Origin: Trueperaceae bacterium | GTDB lineage: Bacteria; Deinococcota; Deinococci; Deinococcales; Trueperaceae | Assembly (NCBI GenBank): GCA_034520945.1 | Contig: JAXHNB010000006.1 | Span: forward strand, 160,001 to 224,000 | Reading direction: 5' to 3' | DNA: 64,000 nt | Part shown: positions 59,177 through 64,000 of the stretch, piece after piece | Layout: every line of letters starts with the position of its first letter | Numbering within the stretch: the first letter of the stretch is position 1 | Program-made: the position numbers and the translations under genes | The notes under the pieces: generated by a model | Database searches by the model: none | What the model was told of the DNA's origin: nothing | What the model saw: only the letters and a program-made list of their open reading frames with translations

Positions 59177-60039
59177 GCGGGCCTCCGGCTGCGCCAGATC
59201 AGGGCGACGAAGATGATGGCGAAGAACACGCCGTTGGAGAGCGTGCTGCCGTTGGGAACCAGGTTGGCGACCAGCGATTCGGCCAGGCCCACCGCCAGCG
59301 AGGCGAGCAGGACGCCACGCACGTTGCCGAGGCCGGCCAGGACCACGATCGAGAACGCCTTGAGGGTGAACGTCAGGCCGATGGTGGGGGTCGGCGATTG
59401 GATCACGGCGATCATCACCCCACCGATCCCGGCCAGCAGTGCCGAGAGGGCGAAGGCGACGAGGTAGATGCGGTCGACCTCCAGGCCGACCAGGGAGGCG
59501 CCGATGCGGTTCTGCGCCACCGCCCGCATGGCGCGGCCGAGGCGCGTGCGGACGAGCGCGACGTACAGGCCGAGCACGAGGGTCAGCGACAGGGCGAAGC
59601 TGACCAGTTGCACAAGGCCGACCGACACGCCGAATACCCGGTAGCCGATCGAGCGGTAGGGGATGCCCGAGATCGAGACCGGGTCGCCGCCCCAGATGAG
59701 CAGCGCCAGATTCTGCAGCACGATGGCGATCCCGAAGGTGAGGAGCATCTGGTTCAGTTCGGGTGCGCGCAGAACGTGACGGAGCGCGAATCGATAGATC
59801 ACCGCGCCCAGGAGGAACAGGGCCGGTGCGACGAAGAGAAGTGCGACGACGGGGTCGAGGCCGAACCAGACGTACGCCTGATAGGTGAGGAAGGCGCCGA
59901 CCATGAAGAATTCGCCGTGCGCGAAGTTGACGATGCCGAGCACGCCGATGCAGAGGGCCAGGCCCACCGACACCAGCGCGTACAGGCCGGACGCGAGGAC
60001 GCCCGAGACGAGGGCTTGCGGCAGCAGGGAGAGGTCCAT
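59173..60039 (-). CDS. livH: Branched-chain amino acid-type ABC permease
   Basis: YALVSVGL, VNFAHGEF, TRLGRAMRAVAQN, KAFSIVVLAGLG; start ATG 60039. Confidence 0.92.
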   Translation of the reverse strand: MDLSLLPQALVSGVLASGLYALVSVGLALCIGVLGIVNFAHGEFFMVGAFLTYQAYVWFGLDPVVALLFVAPALFLLGAVIYRFALRHVLRAPELNQMLLTFGIAIVLQNLALLIWGGDPVSISGIPYRSIGYRVFGVSVGLVQLVSFALSLTLVLGLYVALVRTRLGRAMRAVAQNRIGASLVGLEVDRIYLVAFALSALLAGIGGVMIAVIQSPTPTIGLTFTLKAFSIVVLAGLGNVRGVLLASLAVGLAESLVANLVPNGSTLSNGVFFAIIFVALIWRSRRPA

Positions 60040-60065
60040 TCGGCTCCGTGGGGGGTCGAGGGGGC

Positions 60066-60110
60066 CCCGCGGGGCCCGAACGCCGGTGACATGGGTTCGG
60101 GACCCGCGGG
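60066..60110. terminator. Hairpin between substrate-binding gene and livH
   Basis: CCCGCGGGGCCCGAAC (60066-60081) pairs with GTTCGGGACCCGCGGG (60095-60110), one mismatch. Confidence 0.5.
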
Positions 60111-60151
60111 CACGGGGTCGGCGCGCCCGCGGAGGGCGGCCGACCGTTAGC

Positions 60152-61342
60152 TCAGCGGCAGCTCTGCAGCGGCGCGGTGGCCTGGTCGAGTGGCCACACC
60201 AGTTCGCGCACGCCGTCCTGGTACTGGAACACCAGCCACATGTCGGCATCGAAGCCCTGCCGGTCGGTGATCGCGCTGGGGCCGAACGACCATTCGCCCA
60301 TCGGCGAGTCGAAGGTCATCGAGGCCATCTGGTCGATGACCGCCTGATACTCCGTGGTGCCGGCGGCGTTGATGGCGTCGGCGAACGACCACAGCGACGC
60401 GTAGGCCAGCGCCGACATGTAGTTGTCCGGGTCGCTGCCGTGCAGGTCGCGGTACGCCTCGGTGAAGGCCGTCGCTTCGGGCGTCGGCAGGTTCGGCAGG
60501 AAGCCGATCAGGCCGGTGACGCATTCCGCTTCGGACGCGCCGGCGAACTCGGCCGGCCATCCGGGAGGGGCCCCGAAGATCTGCTCCGGGGTGTAGCCGA
60601 GCTCGCGCACCTGGCTGATGAGCGGCACCACGTCGCTGTCGTAGCCGATCCAGTACAGCATCTCGGCGTCGGTGGCGGCCGCCTTGTTGATGGCGGCGCG
60701 GTAGTCGCCGCTGCCGCCAAACAGGGTGGAGGTGAACGCTTCGCGGAGCGGCACCTCGAGTCCGGCCTCGTCGAGCAGACCCTGGGCGTTTTCGGAGCCG
60801 GGACCGCCGAACGCGCTGTCCTCGTACAGCAGGGCCACGCTGCTCACGCCGCTGTCGACGACGAAGTCGGTGGCGGCCTCGACGTTGTGGTAGTCCCAGG
60901 GGTGGACGTGGAAGAACCACGGTTCCTCGCCGAGCAGTTCCTCGATGCCGTCGAAGTCTTCGATGCCGACGCCGGACACGGCGCCGCCGATCCAACTCAC
61001 GATCGGCTGGAAGGTGCGGAGCGACTCGACCAGCGCCAGCGTGGCGCCGCTGCTGTACCCGCCCGCTATGAACGACACGCCGTCCTCGGTCATGAGTTTC
61101 TCGAAGGCGGCCAGCGCCACCTCGGCGTCGGCCTGCGTGTCCTCCAGCACGACCTCGAGCGGTTCGCCCAGGACGCCGCCGGCGGCGTTGATCTCTTCGA
61201 GCGCCAGTTCGAAGCCGGCGCGTTGCGCCTGGCCGGTGCCGGCGGCGCCGCCGGTGAGGGGGCTCAGCAGGCCGATGGTGACCGGCTGCGCCAGCGCGTA
61301 TGCGCTCAACGCGGCGAGGATGGGAACGAGGATGCGTTTCAT
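60152..61342 (-). CDS. ABC substrate-binding protein (LivJ/LivK-like)
   Basis: Signal peptide, IGLLSPLTG, LALEEINAAGGVLG, GGYSSG, YEDSAFG. Confidence 0.92.
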   Translation of the reverse strand: MKRILVPILAALSAYALAQPVTIGLLSPLTGGAAGTGQAQRAGFELALEEINAAGGVLGEPLEVVLEDTQADAEVALAAFEKLMTEDGVSFIAGGYSSGATLALVESLRTFQPIVSWIGGAVSGVGIEDFDGIEELLGEEPWFFHVHPWDYHNVEAATDFVVDSGVSSVALLYEDSAFGGPGSENAQGLLDEAGLEVPLREAFTSTLFGGSGDYRAAINKAAATDAEMLYWIGYDSDVVPLISQVRELGYTPEQIFGAPPGWPAEFAGASEAECVTGLIGFLPNLPTPEATAFTEAYRDLHGSDPDNYMSALAYASLWSFADAINAAGTTEYQAVIDQMASMTFDSPMGEWSFGPSAITDRQGFDADMWLVFQYQDGVRELVWPLDQATAPLQSCR

Positions 61343-61442
61343 GGGAACCTCCTTGGGCCGTTGGGCCCGTTCGGGGGGCGTGGGACCGACATTGCGGTCC
61401 GGGGGCGGGGGAGCGTCCGGCGGGCGGCCGGGCGAGATGAAG

Positions 61443-62267
61443 TCAAGGCATGGCCGCCTCCGCGAACTCGGCGAGCAGCGCCGTGAACCGTGTCGGGGCC
61501 TCCACGGGCGGAGCGTGCCCCACGTCCGTCCAGGTGACGAGCTCGGCGCCGGGCCAATGCCTGGCGGTCGCCTGGGCCATCTCGTCGGTGATGAGCACGT
61601 CCTGGCCGCCCCGCAGCACGAGCACGGGCGCGTCGAAGTCGTCCGGGACGGGCGGCAGCACGCTTCGTCCCAGGGCCCGGGCGTTGCCGTCGAACGCCGC
61701 GGGCGCCATGGCGAGGGCGTCGTCGAGGAGGGCGGGCCAGGTGGGCGGCGTCCGGGTGGGGCACAGGGGGCCCAGGGCCGCCTCCAGCGCGTCGCGTCGG
61801 CCCTGCAGGCCAGCGAGGAGCTCGTAGTGCGCCTCCGGTCTGGGAAGGCCCTGGGGCGGGGCGCCGTCCACCAGCATCAGGCCGGCCACGCGGCTGGGGC
61901 GGGCCACACAGGCGCGTTCGGCCACGGCGGCGCCGAGGCTGTGCCCGACCAGCACGGCGCGGGGCACCTCCAGAGCGTCCAGGAGGGCCACGAGGGCGTC
62001 CGCGTACGCCTCCAGGCGGATCTCGCCGGCCGGCAGCGGCGGCGAGGCGCCGAAGTTGGGGAGGTCGGGCGCCAGCAGGCGCAGGCCCGGCGGCGGCGCC
62101 GCGAGTTGTTCATAGAACCAGCGGCGGCTGGCGAAGTTGCCGTGGATCAGGACCACGGGCGAGCCCGTGCCGGCCTCCGCGACGCGCATCGTCAGCTCGC
62201 CGGCGCGCACGTCGTGTTCGCGCACCCCGGGGGGCGGCGCGCCGGGATCGGTCACGCCATCGCTCAT
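61443..62267 (-). CDS. Alpha/beta-fold hydrolase
   Basis: VVLIHGN, APDLPNFG, GHSLG nucleophile elbow, GGQD, VGHAP; start ATG 62267. Confidence 0.9.
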   Translation of the reverse strand: MSDGVTDPGAPPPGVREHDVRAGELTMRVAEAGTGSPVVLIHGNFASRRWFYEQLAAPPPGLRLLAPDLPNFGASPPLPAGEIRLEAYADALVALLDALEVPRAVLVGHSLGAAVAERACVARPSRVAGLMLVDGAPPQGLPRPEAHYELLAGLQGRRDALEAALGPLCPTRTPPTWPALLDDALAMAPAAFDGNARALGRSVLPPVPDDFDAPVLVLRGGQDVLITDEMAQATARHWPGAELVTWTDVGHAPPVEAPTRFTALLAEFAEAAMP

Positions 62268-63754
62268 TCGGGCGCCTCCTCGAGCAGGCCGGCCAGCCGG
62301 GCCTTGACGATCTTGCCGGCCCCGGACTTGGGCAGGGCGTCTACGATTCGCACGTGCTTGGGCACCTTGTAGCGCGCGATGCGTTCTTGGAGCCAGGCGC
62401 GCAAGGTCTCGGCGTCGAGCTCGGCCACGCCCGCGTCCGGCACCACCGCGGCCAGCCCCACCTCGCCCCAGCGGTCGTCCGGCACGCCGACGACGGCGCA
62501 TTCGGACACGCCCGGGTGGCGCGCCAGGGCGCGTTCGATCTCGGCGGGGTAGACGTTCTCGCCGCCCGAGATGAACATCTCCTTGCGGCGGCCCACGATC
62601 CGGTAGCGCCCCGCCGCGTCGCGGGTGGCCAGGTCGCCGGTCCACAGCCAGCCGTCGCGGAGGACCTCGGCGGTGGCGTCGGGGCGTTCGAAGTAGCCCG
62701 AGAACAGGTGCGGGCCGGCCAGCGTCAACTCGCCGACCTCGTCGTCTTCGCACGGGGTGCCGTCGGCGCGGCGCACCGCGGCCGCGCCGCGGAGCACGGG
62801 CACGCCGACGGCGTCGGGATGGGCGTCGGCGTCGTCCAGGTCGATCGCGAAGCAGTTGACGCCCGCTTCGCTCAGGCCGTACCCCTGCTTGAATCGCACG
62901 CCGCGGGCGGCGAAGGCGGCTCGGACCGGCTCGGGACAGGGGGCCCCGCCGCTGATGGCCCAGCGGATCCGCCCGAAGTCGGTCTCGGCGAAGCCGGGGT
63001 CGTCGATGACGGCCCTGTACATGGTGGGGACGAGGAACATCAGGGTGGCGTCCGCGTCGCGGATCCGCGCCAGGTAGGCCGAGGGGTCGAACCGCTCCAG
63101 CAGCGCCACGCGCCCCCCGAGGTGCAGCAGCGGCAGGGTAAGGGCGTTGACGGCGGCGTGGAAGCAGGGGGTGGCCTGCACGCAGCAATCACTGTCCCGG
63201 AGCCCCCAGGAGAGGACGGTGTTCTCGGCGTTGGCGAGGCCCTGACGGTACGGCTGCACCGCGCCCTTGGGAAGCCCGGTGGTGCCGCCGGTCAGCAGGA
63301 TCATCTGGGGATCCTCGGGGCCGAGGTCGGGCCGGGGGGCGGGCGGGGGGTCGCCCAACCAGGCGTCGTAGCTGGCGAGCGGAACGCGCCGCAGCCCGGT
63401 CGCCGCGGCGCCCGCGGCGTGCGCGTCGTCGTGCAGCAGCAGGCTGGGGCGCAGGTCGTCGGCCAGCGCGCGTTGCTCGGCGTCTGCCAGCCGGGTGTTG
63501 AACGGCGCGTACACGAAGCCCGCCTTGGGGGTGGCGAGGATCAGGTCGAGGTGCGCCAGGTGGTTGTGGGCCAGGATCGAGACGCGGTCGCCCTTCCGCA
63601 CCCCTTCGGCGTGCAGGCGGCCCGCCAGGCGTTCGGCGCGCGCGTCGAGGGTGGCGTAGTCGATCCAGGCGCCGCGCCAGTGCACGGCGGGTCGGTGCGG
63701 GGTCAGCTCGGCGCGGCGGGCGGCCAGGTCGAGGAAGGGGCCGGTCGCGTTCAT
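62264..63754 (-). CDS. Acyl-CoA synthetase / AMP-binding enzyme
   Basis: TGGTTGLPKG, QGYGLSE, WLWTGD, GRRKEMFISGGENVYPAEIE, LPKSGAGK. Confidence 0.93.
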   Translation of the reverse strand: MNATGPFLDLAARRAELTPHRPAVHWRGAWIDYATLDARAERLAGRLHAEGVRKGDRVSILAHNHLAHLDLILATPKAGFVYAPFNTRLADAEQRALADDLRPSLLLHDDAHAAGAAATGLRRVPLASYDAWLGDPPPAPRPDLGPEDPQMILLTGGTTGLPKGAVQPYRQGLANAENTVLSWGLRDSDCCVQATPCFHAAVNALTLPLLHLGGRVALLERFDPSAYLARIRDADATLMFLVPTMYRAVIDDPGFAETDFGRIRWAISGGAPCPEPVRAAFAARGVRFKQGYGLSEAGVNCFAIDLDDADAHPDAVGVPVLRGAAAVRRADGTPCEDDEVGELTLAGPHLFSGYFERPDATAEVLRDGWLWTGDLATRDAAGRYRIVGRRKEMFISGGENVYPAEIERALARHPGVSECAVVGVPDDRWGEVGLAAVVPDAGVAELDAETLRAWLQERIARYKVPKHVRIVDALPKSGAGKIVKARLAGLLEEAPE

Positions 63755-64000
63755 CGGCGACCTCCGGGGGCGGGGTCGCTCCAGCGCAGCGCCAGGGCGT
63801 TCCAGACGTACCCCACGCCGGCCGCGACCAGCACGGCCAGGTCGCCGTCCTGCAGGCGGCCCGCGGCGCGGGCCCGTTCCAGGCTGAGGATCTGGTCCAC
63901 CTGGCCCAGGTGCCCGACGTCGCCGAGGTAGAGCGAGCGGTCCTCGCCCAGGCCCAGCTCGTTCAGGAGCCAGGCGTGGGCGCTGGGCTTGACGTGCAGC
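63751..64000 (-). CDS. 3-oxoacyl-ACP synthase III (FabH-like), C-terminal part (partial, runs off right edge)
   Basis: Manual reverse translation: LHVKPSAH...YLGDVGHLGQVDQILSL...LQDGDLAVLVAAGVGYVWNA...; stop at 63751 overlaps the ligase ATG. Confidence 0.8.
   Translation of the reverse strand, partial: LHVKPSAHAWLLNELGLGEDRSLYLGDVGHLGQVDQILSLERARAAGRLQDGDLAVLVAAGVGYVWNALALRWSDPAPGGRR

Overview
Very GC-rich, gene-dense bacterial chromosomal segment with about 41 genes. It is most consistent with Deinococcota (Truepera-like); this is inferred from recurrent TANNNT boxes 5-9 nt before start codons, diderm envelope proteins and gene content. Left to right it holds: a partial TPR gene; a small unknown gene, an OmpR-type regulator and a frameshifted sensor kinase; dcd; coaX; a small outer-membrane barrel; a TRAP transporter; alaS-ruvX-mltG; an MFS permease; a 1575-aa 7TM/PAS/GAF/GGDEF/EAL protein followed by a five-gene sugar-catabolic operon resembling a hybrid sulfoglycolysis (sulfo-EMP-like) pathway; an AsnC regulator with a peptide-type ABC cassette lacking ATPase genes and a spermidine-synthase-like membrane protein; a D-cysteine desulfhydrase-family enzyme and an amidohydrolase; a GGDEF-STAND-TPR (NLR-like) diguanylate cyclase; a 16-kb two-gene block (about 4000-aa secreted DUF11/isopeptide-type repeat protein plus a coupled 1180-aa outer-membrane partner) bracketed by what look like two versions of the deoC 5' region; deoC-GNAT-ALDH16; and a FabH-like/acyl-CoA ligase/hydrolase/Liv-type ABC operon running off the right edge. 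No rRNA, tRNA, CRISPR array, transposase or integrase was recognised. All family assignments come from reading motifs by eye; no searches were run.
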